Virus record (IMG/VR): IMGVR_UViG_3300005330_000014
Coordinates: 1 to 64,000 of that record
From: a virus
Lineage: Duplodnaviria > Caudoviricetes
DNA: 64,000 nucleotides
Reading direction: 5' to 3' (one strand)
The stretch's first letter is position 1, and every line of letters starts with the position of its first letter. The translations under genes were made by a program, and so were the position numbers. This document shows positions 1 to 10,424 of this stretch, one piece after another. Under the pieces are notes generated by a model. The model made no database searches, was not told the DNA's origin, and worked only from the letters and a program-made list of their open reading frames with translations.

Positions 1-52
1 AACACCCAAACGCCGTAAAAACTACTTTTTGCCCGACACTCTTACTAATCAT
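1..52 (-). CDS. 5' end of a gene running off the window (MISKSVGQKVVFTAFGC...)
   Basis: ATG at 52 on minus strand, open to window edge, same orientation as the late block. Confidence 0.4.
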   Translation of the reverse strand, partial: MISKSVGQKVVFTAFGC

Positions 53-131
53 CTTGAAAAATTAGCGTCAAAACTAGGTTATACTGAAACTGAATTAGTA
101 GTTATTGCTTTAGAAAGGTTAGTTAGGGAAA

Positions 132-1109
132 ATGAGTAGGATTTGTAAACATTGTGTTCAGGAATTATCGTTGGATAGCTTTTACTTCCATAATAGAAAG
201 CACGGTAAAGTTTATGATACTATTTGTAAAGAATGTCTTAGCGTGATATCCAAAGAAAAAAGAATCTCCACCGGACTATCGGTAAGACATTACGAGAAAC
301 TTCCTTGCGGCTTGAAAAGATGCAATCAATGTAAGCAGGTATTATCTACTGAACATTTTTGGAAAAATCCCAAAAGGAAAGACGGTTTTCATAGTAAATG
401 TTCTAATTGTGTCAGAGTTAATAACGGACAAACAACCAAAAGAAAACCCAAATGCTGTCCTGATGGATTTATGGAATGTTTTACTTGTGATATGATTCTA
501 TCTTTAGACAATTTTTACAAATCAAGAAAGTATAAATGCAAATCTTGCATTTCTATAAGTGATAAACTTTATCGTAAAAATAATCCTGAAAAAGTAAGAA
601 TTCAATTAGAAAAAAGCAAGAATAAACCAATAGATAAAGAAAAAAGAAGGGAGAGTCTCAAAAAGTTTTATCATAGCAACAAATTAGTCCCCGAATTTCA
701 TTTAGAATTGGTTTTGAGAACTAGAATACGAAATGGACTAAAATTCAATTCCAAGTCTAATAAAACAATAGAGTTATTGGGATGTAATACCGAATATTGT
801 AAAAATCATATCCAATCTCAATTCAAAGAAAGTATGACTTGGAGAAACCACGGGCAAACTTGGGAAATTGATCACATTGTACCAATAGGATTTTATGATT
901 TATCTATTCCAATATGTCAAAAATTAGCATTTAACTATAGAAATCTACAACCTTTATCCAAAAATAATAACGATAACAAATCTGATTTCCTACCAAACGG
1001 AATCCGCGCCCGTGATATTCCAAAAATCAAATCTAAACAAGAACTACTTGATTTGATTCAAACTTGGCCGAATCCTCAAGAATTTGAATGGGTTAAGGAT
1101 ATTACTTAA
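132..1109 (+). CDS. HNH-type (endonuclease VII-like) free-standing homing endonuclease with N-terminal CxxC zinc-ribbon repeats
   Basis: WEIDHIVPI...NYRNLQPL...NNDNK HNH-like core; three CxxC..FY..CKxC repeats; opposite strand to flanking structural genes. Confidence 0.8.
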   Translation: MSRICKHCVQELSLDSFYFHNRKHGKVYDTICKECLSVISKEKRISTGLSVRHYEKLPCGLKRCNQCKQVLSTEHFWKNPKRKDGFHSKCSNCVRVNNGQTTKRKPKCCPDGFMECFTCDMILSLDNFYKSRKYKCKSCISISDKLYRKNNPEKVRIQLEKSKNKPIDKEKRRESLKKFYHSNKLVPEFHLELVLRTRIRNGLKFNSKSNKTIELLGCNTEYCKNHIQSQFKESMTWRNHGQTWEIDHIVPIGFYDLSIPICQKLAFNYRNLQPLSKNNNDNKSDFLPNGIRARDIPKIKSKQELLDLIQTWPNPQEFEWVKDIT

Positions 1110-1111
1110 AT

Positions 1112-4100
1112 CTATTCTCCTGAATCTCCACCCTGATTATTAGGTGCTTTAGGTGGCAAAGCTTTAACAGGTTCGCCTTTCTTACTAGCTTCCTCTAGTG
1201 CAGCTACGCGCGCCTTTATATTTTCATTGGCTTTGGCTATTTCTTCATCAACAATGGATTTAATTTTATCATTATTCACATTAATCGTGCCATTAATTTG
1301 AACATTAATTTTTTGGTCAACGGTAATCGCTTCTCCCTGATTTTTATCTCCAGCTTTTTTAGCCTGAGACTCTGCAAAGGCTATTAATTTATCAGCAGCT
1401 TGACTTAATTTGTCGGCATTATTACCTGCAAAACTACCTGATTGAATTGTATCATTATATCGCTTATCGTTTCCTCTACGGTTTCTTCTATAAAAATCTT
1501 CATTTTCGTCAGCATTTCTAGCACGTAACGGAATACGATCTAATCCACCTGATCCCTGAATTGAAACATTTTTCAAACTTCCAGTGGATAACAAGCTAGG
1601 CCTTCTATTAATTTGATCCTTGATATCTAAATCTTCATAACCTGCTCCTCCTTGGAATTGAGAAGCAAATATTCTATTTCTTTGCAAGGTGGTATTATTA
1701 CCAAAAATAGATTGCCCTACATCAAAATTTCTTTTATTATTTTTATTATTTTGAAAAGTATCAATAGTTTTTTTGAAGTAATCGCTAACGCCACTAGGAA
1801 TTTGTGGCAAAGTAGGAACATAATTAGGTTTTGGCTGAAAAATATTAGAAGAAGGAGGCAAAGAATATGAATCGCTATTTATTGCAGGGTGAGGTAATTT
1901 TGAAATATCTACTAATTGATCAAATTTTTTCTGATATTTTTCCCCCAAAGTTGTAGGATATAAATTAGCAATATTTGGTGATTTATATTGATAAAACGAT
2001 TTGGGTAATTTAAATGGATCAGGGATTTCTCCATCAGCTTTATTGGCAATTAATTTATCAGAAATTTCTTTATCTTGATTTAAACATTTCTTAATTCCAG
2101 ATATGCCTTGAGTTTTATAAGCTTTGATAATTTTATCAAAATCGTCTTTAAAAACTAATTCTTCGCCATATCTTAAAGCTTTTTCTGGGATTTTTCCTAC
2201 GTCAATATTAGGGATTTCTCCATCCGCGTAGCTATTAATACCAAAAGCTTGTTTCATCTTTCGATTTAATACGGCATCCTTACCCGTTCCCGCAAAGTTT
2301 TTTACAATAGATTCACCAGTATTTACTACCGCTGGGCCAATACCAGTTACATTAGTTAAATAGGGTTTGTCGCTAGGAATTGCCCCGCCAACCCCCCGGA
2401 AAATATCTTGTTTTTCCTTATGTAATGAATTTAATAATCCCTTACTGTAAGTTGGCAATAATCCAGATGAATTAGTTCCCAACGAATTCAATTCGTCCTG
2501 TATTTTTTGGATTTTACTTTCTAATTCTTTAACGGAATCTGTAATTGTTCCATGCTCAGGACCATGTAAATTATCTATTTGCTTATTGAGTTGACCGGCT
2601 TGCTTTTTAGCTATCAGTCTCTGATTATCACTAGCTTTAGATAAATCCGGTGAAAACCCATTCAAATGGAATCGACCCTCCAAGGAAGATGCTAAATATT
2701 GCTGGGTAGTTAATTTATTTCTAATATCTCTGTCTGGAATAGTTGAAGATAATTCAGATAAGAAATCTGCCGGTTTATAGTTTTCTTGCGTTCTATATTT
2801 TTCCCCTAAATCGGTAAATTGTTCAACTAATTTAGGAGATATTTGTAGGGCGGAAGCAGTTTTCCCAATATCTAATTTTCTACCAAATACGCTTCTACTT
2901 GGGCCATTAGCATTGATTTTATCAATTGAATTTTGATCTAAGGTATCTTTTTCTAATAATCCTTGTTTGCGTTTCTCGTATTGAGCTTTTTGACTATTCA
3001 AATCAACAATTTTATCACTTAAGGATTGCTCTTTGTCTCCTTGTTTGAGTAATTTGGCAACGGAGGATAAATCAGAGAGAGCTTTCGCCGCCTCTTCCGA
3101 AGAGTCAATTAATTGCTTGAAATCGCCCTTAACTCCTTCATTAAAACTCTGAGAGAGATTGGTTAATTGAGAATTTAGTTCTTTGAATACACCATCTGGC
3201 CCGAGTTCATTTTCTAGACCTCGACGAGTTCCTTGTAACTGACCCTTTAAATCTGAAGGTAAATTTGATTTACTCAATAAACTATTAACTTTCTCTAATC
3301 TTTCTTCGAGTCCTTGCCGAGTTTTATCGTCCAAAGGAACTTGTTTTAGCGCACGTAAGTCAGCTATTTCTTTGACTTTATCAGGAGAAAAACTTCTTAA
3401 TTGATCGACTAATCCTAAATCGCCAGTATTGCGCCCGGACTTAATTAATTGATTAAGCTTTGTTTGAATTGTAGATTGTTCAGCTTTAGAAACAATTCCA
3501 CGAGTTTCATTAATTAATTGCGGATTGCCATCAAATAATCCAGCTTGGAATGCCTGTAACCGGCCTGATCCTAAAGTGGAATATACTCTAGAGCGCCGCG
3601 CCGTTTCTGCATCAGTATCTATCGGACGCCCACGGAAGAAATCATCAAAAGAATTATCTCGACTTTTATATAATCTACTATCGAAAGGATTTGTTAAGAC
3701 GTTTCTAATCGCGCGCCCTTGACCTAATCCTGCTCCAATTTTACTAAAATCTAAATTAGCAGTGTTTTCAAAGTTACCGCCACCGAGAAAGTTAGTTTTT
3801 TTATTTAAAGAAATATTTAATTCATTTAATCTATTTGTATTGTCTTGTAAAGCCTTACGTTGAGCCGCCCGTTCTTGCTCCAACTGGATAGGAATCGTAA
3901 TCTTATTATTGACAACATCTTGTATGCTTTGAGCTACTTTTCCATTTTCTTTACTGTCTGGGCCACCCAATTCTTTGATATATTTACCTAAATTAGCTAC
4001 AATAGTATTAGCAATATCCGATGGATTATCCCCTGCGCTCAAAGATTTAAGAATAATTTGATTCGTTCTTCCTTTGAATTTCTCTGAACGTCCAAATATA

Positions 4101-7100
4101 CCACCTCCCTCTGCTGGTTGATCCGATTCAAAAACTTTAAACGCTTTTTGAACAATCTCGGGTAAATCTTTAATACTATCAGCGAAATCGACGCTAATTT
4201 TATTAATATTATTTATTCTATCATTTTCTAATTCAAATTGTTTGATTCTATTTTCTTGGCGATTTCTGGATTCTGGAGATAGAAACTCTCCAATTGAACT
4301 TAATGATTGTTGAGCGCCTGTGATAGCTTGTGTCCGCGCACCCTGCGTTTTAATGTCAGCCACTCCTAATCTAAATGAAGTAGCTTGGGTTAATCTATCT
4401 AAAGTTCGCTGAATTGATAATAAAGAAGATGTATAAGTTTTTAAGCTTTGAGTTTCTTTTTCAATTGCCGCCGCTGATTGAGCCCGGCCAATAACATTTT
4501 TGATAATAGCTTCTTGTTCCACTGAAGCTAATTTCTTGAATTTATCAAGTGATTGATTATCAATATTTAATTTACCTAAAACTTTTTGTAGTCCGCCCAA
4601 ACTAACATCTCCGCTGGCAGATAAATCTTGTAATCCAGCGAGTTGTTTCTTTCTTTTGTTTTCATCTAAACTAAGAGGTAACGCGTTAGAAATAAATCCC
4701 CCAACATCATTCCGTTGTTCATTAGTTAATAAAACATTGCGTTTGTCTTGACTTAATAAGTTCCTATTTTTAGTAAATACTTCTTCCAGAATACCCTGTA
4801 AACCTTTTTGAGAAGTTGCTTTAATTTGCTGGGCAGCTAAATCTTGTAAAATGTCACTTTTTTGATCTGCCGTACTCGCGCCAATAAATCTATTTCTAAT
4901 TTTAGGATCGTCAATATTCTTAATTAAATCTTGAATCTGGTTGGATACGCGACTGATTTCTGATTTTGATCCGCCCGCTTCAATAATATCTTTAAGCTGT
5001 TCTTGGGCTTGAATTGCTCCTCCAACATTATTTCTATTCTGTTCAAATCTGCCCTTAGTATCTTCGATTTCTTTAGAATAATCTTCTAATGATTTGCGAC
5101 TAGCATTAACAATTCCAACAAATGCAGTTAATGAACCAATTGCCCCACCTGCTGCTAGTCCAACCGGACTAAAACCTAATACTGAAGCTGTACTTAATCC
5201 AGCCCCCAATCCCTCTCCAACTGCATTAAACTTCCGCGCGCCTACGCTACTTTGTGGAGCTAAAGAAGTCAATGTATTAGCTAAAATAGGAAGTGCTAAA
5301 GAGGCTCCAATACCTAACCCTGCCGCCCTTTGTCTACGTCTATCGGCTAGGGATATTGAAATATCATTTGTTCTCGACTTTAAGTTAAATTGGTGTTCCT
5401 CATCTAAATCTTTGAATGTTGATGATCCAAACAAACCGGACTGCAACTTATTAATTCTACTACCCCCGCGAAACAATCCATCTTTTTGCGCAGCACTATT
5501 AGCAAATTGATCTAATAGATGTTGTGCTGTTTCCGCCTGCTTTGCTGCGCGCTCCGCCGCTAATCTTGCTTTAGTTTCATTATCTAATTGAGTATAATAA
5601 CCTTGTTTTAATGAACCTCTATTTTGTCTAATTTGTAAATCAGCAATTTTCTCCAATCCAACCCCCTGAGAGGCTGTAATTGTTCTAGGGTCCAAATTCA
5701 GAGCATGAATTATAGTATTTTTAAGCGTTTGTTTTAATTGGTCTTTAGGCAATGCTAAATCTTGTTCACTAATTTTAGCATTCTTAATATAACCTAAAAT
5801 AACTTTTCTAACTAGATTTTCTCCACCTTCACTTCCAAAAGTTCCTAATTGCCCCGCTGTGAATCCCGGGTCAGCATAGTTAGGAATTAATCCATCTGCT
5901 ACCCCATAAGTTTTAGGATTTAATCCTTGTCTTTTCGCGCGGCTAATACCTTGATTAATTCCGCCGGGTTCGTCCCGCGTATTAGTTACCGCCAATCCTT
6001 GAGGATTTAATGAATCAATTAACTCGGCGGACTTCTCTATTTTGATTTGACTATAAGGAATCCCGGCGGAATGTTCGCGATTTACCGCACTACCTAATGA
6101 ACCACCTAATAACTCAGCAAGTAATTTAGCTTTTGAACCAACACTGGCACCTGATTTTAGTAAACTATGAGATAGGTTATTGTAGTTTGGGGTATAACCA
6201 GAAGCTAAGTTTAAAGGTCGATGTTCTATATCTGCCTTGGCTGCTTTTCTAGCTTCACTAGCAGTTTCAGCTTGAACTTGGAAGAGTCTTTTATTAGTTT
6301 TAACTAAGTAATATCCACTAGAATTAGTTCCAACTTTATTACGCTGAACATATTCTATTTTTTCTTTCCCACTTGGAACATATCCTTTAGCAAATCCTCC
6401 GTTATTATCAATTAAAGCTTGTGCGGCGGCGGTTAGAATCTCAGGCCGCGCAAAACTACCACTGGAGCCGGGCTGACCGCCATGCTTATTAGCAGTTTCT
6501 TCCCCTTGACTGAAATTGAATTCAGCAACTCCGCCCCCTTTGATATATCTTCCTAAACCAAGTAATTCGGCGGCTGCTTGCCCGAATTTCTTAATACCAG
6601 TATTACCAGTTTCTAAAACATCCAACCCCGCGACTCCGCCCGCCCGAATATTGGCAGGCAATGAATTGAATGCTCTTAACCCTTGTTTATTTGCAATATA
6701 TCTACTTAAGATATTTTCAAAACCTTCGCGGCTAAATAACTTATCTTTTTTGACGGCCCCGCCGATAAACTCATGATTCAACCGAGCAATTCCGTCATCG
6801 CCCGTTTGTGAGCGCAACAATGCCCCGCCCACGAGTCTTGAACGATTCCCAACCCCGGCGGCTGTAACTCTAAATTCTCTATTAGATATATTCTCAATAC
6901 CTTTTTGCAAATAGAAATCATCTTTTTTAGCTAGAATTTCATTAAGATAATAAGGAGCGACGCGACTATCGTAAACACTATCGCCCTGCGCGCCCTCTTT
7001 TCCTTTAATAAAGAAGTTATTTCCAAATTGTTTTCTTATTAAATCAAGTAATCTTCCTTGGTTTTTGCCGGTCGTTCTATTTTGTTTTAAGAATCCTTTT

Positions 7101-9343
7101 AAGTCCGCCGATTTGGGCAAGAATTTGGATAATTGAGCTTCCTGTAATTTATCTCCAATAAACGGTTTCGCGGCCAAAACATTAAAATGACTACCTTTAA
7201 AATCGTCTCTAAAAGATTCGGTTGGATCAATTACTTTTAAAGAATGTCCTTTAAGTATTTCTGAATTTGATTGTACGAATTGAGCATCTTCGTCAGTTAG
7301 TAATTCAAATCCTCTTTTCCGCGCGGCTAAACGTTTAGCTAAATCAACATTTCCATTATCATCATAAATATAACGATAACTTTTATCAATTAAAGCGCCG
7401 GAATAACCTAATTCGCTTTTAGAATATTTATTGAAATAGTTTGGAATTAATCCGCCTGCCGCATGGATTTTCTGAGCCCCCGGGGGTAATCCATAATTTT
7501 TTGCCATTTGCTGATTAAATATAGCACTACCATCTCCGCCCGCATAATTAGGTACTATATATTCATCAGTATTAGCGACTACAGTGCCACGCCGTCCACC
7601 CCCAAAATTAAAGTTAGGAATGATTTTAGGCCGCGCGCCTGCACTTGCCCCGCCTACTCCACGCTGAATATCTCTTTGTTCTTCTGCTACTGGCAAATAT
7701 CCCCCCGCTGCACGCACATTAAAAGAACCAGTATTAACATCTAAACTATTTTTAGCGGATGCAAGATTTTTAGTTGCCGCGTATAATCTAGTATCTCTTT
7801 GCAAGGATAATCCATTAATTTGTAGCATTATGCTTTTAATAGCTTCTTCTTCTTCTTTGATACTTTTAGCTGCCGCCAACCGTCTTATATAAGAACTATT
7901 TCCAGTGGCTAGAATTTGATTAATTGCGCCTTGTAAAACTGCTTGTTGTTTAGTTGAGTTAGTTAGAGAGGCATAACTAGTAAGAACGCCACCAGTATAT
8001 TGGCCCAATCCTTTTAAAATGTTAGCTAATAGAGATACCCCTACAATTAAACCCGGGCCAGATAAAGCCTGACCAATTCCCCTTAAAACTCCCTCACCAA
8101 TTTTTTGGCCCGCGCTCTTACTTTCATCTTCTTTCTGGGTCAATCCACCTAATGCAAAACTACTACCAGCAGCAGTGGCTAGATTTTTGATAACAGGCTG
8201 AAATACTAATTTGCCAGCAATTGAACTAAATTCAGTCGCATTACTTTTTAGCGCATTTAATTGAGTAGCTAATGTTTGATTTAATAGTTTATTTCTCTCA
8301 ATGGCCGCATTTGTATTCTCTCCTGCGGTAGCTAACGATCTACTATAAACTGAATTGGCATGCGCTAAATCTCCTAATAATGCTTTTAATTGGTTAATCT
8401 GTTGAATACCCGCAACTCGCTCTGAAATTGCAACTTGCTCGCTACGTGCCAGCGTTTTATAAGTATTAGCTAGATTTTGAAGAACTTTATCCGCGCTTAG
8501 TATGTTACCTTGTAAATCTCTGGTTTGTACATTAAATTGTTCTAATGCATCTAAAGTAGAAGAACGCTCTACTCGTGTAAAAATAGATTTTAAAGCATTG
8601 CCAATTACTGCTCCGCCCCGCGCCGTCGTTTGTTGCAATGACGTAGTAAAAGCAAGTAATTTATTAAAACTAACCCCTGCGTCTTGAGCAGCCGCGCCTG
8701 AACGACTAATGGCTTGTACTAAATCTTTAGAAGATACCGCAAAGTTAGCATCAACATTTGCCAACTTATTCAGAATATCAGTGGATGTTAACGCTTCTTT
8801 ATTAAATGTATTAATTGCCGAAGTTAATGCTGTAACTGATTCAGCGGCAGATAAACCAGATTGACGAGACAATTTTAAAGCATCACTAGTTCTACTTAAT
8901 ACTTCTTGTATTTTTAAACCCTGTCTAGCTAATTCATTTGCTGCATCAGACACTTCCCCAAATGATTTACCAGTATCTCTGCTGATAGCAAATAGAGCCC
9001 CCGTAAAATTTTGAAATTGAGCAATCGTTGGAGAAAGTAATACCTGAATACTTTTAAGTCTTTGCTCAGTATCAATGAAAGCTGAACTAACTTCTTTTGC
9101 TGCTCTAACTAATCCGTATAATACAGTTGTACCTGCTGTGAATGCCAAAATACGAGCTTGCGCGGACGCTAAACTTTTATCGAATTCCCGAACAGAAGAA
9201 GTTATCTGGCCTAACGCAAAGTTAGAATTAATTTTAAGATTTAAGCTTCTATCTTGAAGTAAAGTTTTAAGCCGCGCTTCTGTAGCCGATAGACTTTGTG
9301 GGTCTAGCTTTACTCCTGCTAAAATTTCAATATCTTGGGGCAT
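1112..9343 (-). CDS. Tape measure protein (2743 aa) with an internal RimK-like ATP-grasp domain
   Basis: N-terminal TP901-type tape-measure core (DTEQRLKSIQ...AISRDTGKSFGEVSDAANELARQG); long Ala/Gly/Leu helical runs; lies downstream of tail tube and chaperones. Confidence 0.9.
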   Translation of the reverse strand: MPQDIEILAGVKLDPQSLSATEARLKTLLQDRSLNLKINSNFALGQITSSVREFDKSLASAQARILAFTAGTTVLYGLVRAAKEVSSAFIDTEQRLKSIQVLLSPTIAQFQNFTGALFAISRDTGKSFGEVSDAANELARQGLKIQEVLSRTSDALKLSRQSGLSAAESVTALTSAINTFNKEALTSTDILNKLANVDANFAVSSKDLVQAISRSGAAAQDAGVSFNKLLAFTTSLQQTTARGGAVIGNALKSIFTRVERSSTLDALEQFNVQTRDLQGNILSADKVLQNLANTYKTLARSEQVAISERVAGIQQINQLKALLGDLAHANSVYSRSLATAGENTNAAIERNKLLNQTLATQLNALKSNATEFSSIAGKLVFQPVIKNLATAAGSSFALGGLTQKEDESKSAGQKIGEGVLRGIGQALSGPGLIVGVSLLANILKGLGQYTGGVLTSYASLTNSTKQQAVLQGAINQILATGNSSYIRRLAAAKSIKEEEEAIKSIMLQINGLSLQRDTRLYAATKNLASAKNSLDVNTGSFNVRAAGGYLPVAEEQRDIQRGVGGASAGARPKIIPNFNFGGGRRGTVVANTDEYIVPNYAGGDGSAIFNQQMAKNYGLPPGAQKIHAAGGLIPNYFNKYSKSELGYSGALIDKSYRYIYDDNGNVDLAKRLAARKRGFELLTDEDAQFVQSNSEILKGHSLKVIDPTESFRDDFKGSHFNVLAAKPFIGDKLQEAQLSKFLPKSADLKGFLKQNRTTGKNQGRLLDLIRKQFGNNFFIKGKEGAQGDSVYDSRVAPYYLNEILAKKDDFYLQKGIENISNREFRVTAAGVGNRSRLVGGALLRSQTGDDGIARLNHEFIGGAVKKDKLFSREGFENILSRYIANKQGLRAFNSLPANIRAGGVAGLDVLETGNTGIKKFGQAAAELLGLGRYIKGGGVAEFNFSQGEETANKHGGQPGSSGSFARPEILTAAAQALIDNNGGFAKGYVPSGKEKIEYVQRNKVGTNSSGYYLVKTNKRLFQVQAETASEARKAAKADIEHRPLNLASGYTPNYNNLSHSLLKSGASVGSKAKLLAELLGGSLGSAVNREHSAGIPYSQIKIEKSAELIDSLNPQGLAVTNTRDEPGGINQGISRAKRQGLNPKTYGVADGLIPNYADPGFTAGQLGTFGSEGGENLVRKVILGYIKNAKISEQDLALPKDQLKQTLKNTIIHALNLDPRTITASQGVGLEKIADLQIRQNRGSLKQGYYTQLDNETKARLAAERAAKQAETAQHLLDQFANSAAQKDGLFRGGSRINKLQSGLFGSSTFKDLDEEHQFNLKSRTNDISISLADRRRQRAAGLGIGASLALPILANTLTSLAPQSSVGARKFNAVGEGLGAGLSTASVLGFSPVGLAAGGAIGSLTAFVGIVNASRKSLEDYSKEIEDTKGRFEQNRNNVGGAIQAQEQLKDIIEAGGSKSEISRVSNQIQDLIKNIDDPKIRNRFIGASTADQKSDILQDLAAQQIKATSQKGLQGILEEVFTKNRNLLSQDKRNVLLTNEQRNDVGGFISNALPLSLDENKRKKQLAGLQDLSASGDVSLGGLQKVLGKLNIDNQSLDKFKKLASVEQEAIIKNVIGRAQSAAAIEKETQSLKTYTSSLLSIQRTLDRLTQATSFRLGVADIKTQGARTQAITGAQQSLSSIGEFLSPESRNRQENRIKQFELENDRINNINKISVDFADSIKDLPEIVQKAFKVFESDQPAEGGGIFGRSEKFKGRTNQIILKSLSAGDNPSDIANTIVANLGKYIKELGGPDSKENGKVAQSIQDVVNNKITIPIQLEQERAAQRKALQDNTNRLNELNISLNKKTNFLGGGNFENTANLDFSKIGAGLGQGRAIRNVLTNPFDSRLYKSRDNSFDDFFRGRPIDTDAETARRSRVYSTLGSGRLQAFQAGLFDGNPQLINETRGIVSKAEQSTIQTKLNQLIKSGRNTGDLGLVDQLRSFSPDKVKEIADLRALKQVPLDDKTRQGLEERLEKVNSLLSKSNLPSDLKGQLQGTRRGLENELGPDGVFKELNSQLTNLSQSFNEGVKGDFKQLIDSSEEAAKALSDLSSVAKLLKQGDKEQSLSDKIVDLNSQKAQYEKRKQGLLEKDTLDQNSIDKINANGPSRSVFGRKLDIGKTASALQISPKLVEQFTDLGEKYRTQENYKPADFLSELSSTIPDRDIRNKLTTQQYLASSLEGRFHLNGFSPDLSKASDNQRLIAKKQAGQLNKQIDNLHGPEHGTITDSVKELESKIQKIQDELNSLGTNSSGLLPTYSKGLLNSLHKEKQDIFRGVGGAIPSDKPYLTNVTGIGPAVVNTGESIVKNFAGTGKDAVLNRKMKQAFGINSYADGEIPNIDVGKIPEKALRYGEELVFKDDFDKIIKAYKTQGISGIKKCLNQDKEISDKLIANKADGEIPDPFKLPKSFYQYKSPNIANLYPTTLGEKYQKKFDQLVDISKLPHPAINSDSYSLPPSSNIFQPKPNYVPTLPQIPSGVSDYFKKTIDTFQNNKNNKRNFDVGQSIFGNNTTLQRNRIFASQFQGGAGYEDLDIKDQINRRPSLLSTGSLKNVSIQGSGGLDRIPLRARNADENEDFYRRNRRGNDKRYNDTIQSGSFAGNNADKLSQAADKLIAFAESQAKKAGDKNQGEAITVDQKINVQINGTINVNNDKIKSIVDEEIAKANENIKARVAALEEASKKGEPVKALPPKAPNNQGGDSGE

Positions 9344-9400
9344 TCCTTATTCCTAAAAAGTTAATAGTTAGTTTATCTATTATTTACACTTTTCAACAAG

Positions 9401-10387
9401 TTAACGTAAAACTCCTGCGCGAATAGCTTCTTCGATTGAGTCAACCTGTGTATTTCCTGCTTTCTCAGAGTAATTCTTGCTAACCGGGTCTTGCAATCCA
9501 TAGAAATCCAATTCTTTATTAGATATTCCACCAATACTAACCACTCCATGCTGATTTTCAGCTTTATCAAGAATGGCTTGTATGTTCGCGCGCCCGTGAT
9601 ACCATTCCTCAATACCTTCTGGATTATCTTGAATTTGGGCGGGCACGGTTGCCGACTGAAAAATTGATTTAAAATATCCTCCCCATGTGACTAATTTTAT
9701 TTGATAGTGGGTCAAAAGGGCCAAACATTGCCCAAACAAATCGGTTGGACTTTCTGATAAAAAATATAAATTAGTAAATAAGGAATGGATAGAGATTTTC
9801 TTAATATTAGAATCTGACAAATCATCTTGAAATTGTTTGTATAAATCAAAAACCGATTCGATTTCTCCAACTGTTAATGCACCAAATTCTTCATCAGAAT
9901 ATAATAAAGTTTTACATTCCTTATCTTGGAAAATATAATTAGTAACTATAAAAGAATCTGCTTCACGGTGCGCTAAACTTTCCACTGTCTCTCCAAGCTT
10001 TTCTCCCTTTTCTTGTAAAGTTTTAAGTAAAAATTCTTCTTCCGCTTTGATTTGGTCTTTGTAAGAATTAATATCATTAAAAGAAAAAACCTTACGTTTA
10101 TTTTCATATAGAACAACTAATGTGTCCTGTGCATTTTTAATTTGCTTTTCTTTTTTTTGATCCCACAAATTATTTTTAAGTAGGTAGTCTAATTTCTCTG
10201 CTTCCGTAAAAATCCCCCGCGAAACAAATCTATTATAAGCTGCCTCGTAACGGTAAGCAATTAGAAAATCGTCCAACGGCCCCAAATGTTTGATATAAAC
10301 ATCTTTATCTAAAAACTTATATATAGAGAAACCGGCAACGATTTCTCCGAATGTTTTTTTAAGTTTGAATGATTGTTTGGTGTCCAG
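9401..10387 (-). CDS. Probable tail assembly chaperone (second), likely starting at CTG 10387 rather than TTG 10285
   Basis: Position between chaperone and tape measure; frame stays open 34 codons upstream of the TTG (LDTKQSFKLKKTFGEIVAGF...) up to TGA at 10394-10396. Confidence 0.55.
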   Translation of the reverse strand: MDTKQSFKLKKTFGEIVAGFSIYKFLDKDVYIKHLGPLDDFLIAYRYEAAYNRFVSRGIFTEAEKLDYLLKNNLWDQKKEKQIKNAQDTLVVLYENKRKVFSFNDINSYKDQIKAEEEFLLKTLQEKGEKLGETVESLAHREADSFIVTNYIFQDKECKTLLYSDEEFGALTVGEIESVFDLYKQFQDDLSDSNIKKISIHSLFTNLYFLSESPTDLFGQCLALLTHYQIKLVTWGGYFKSIFQSATVPAQIQDNPEGIEEWYHGRANIQAILDKAENQHGVVSIGGISNKELDFYGLQDPVSKNYSEKAGNTQVDSIEEAIRAGVLR

Positions 10388-10424
10388 TAGTAGTCAAAAG
10401 TATTTTAATTTTATCTATTGCTAA

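Noticed and set aside
1652-9257. Plus-strand ORFs antisense to the tape measure, and similar shadow ORFs inside terL, protease, endonuclease and early genes
   Set aside because: They are antisense or overlapping by-products of long real ORFs, with no motif or promoter support.
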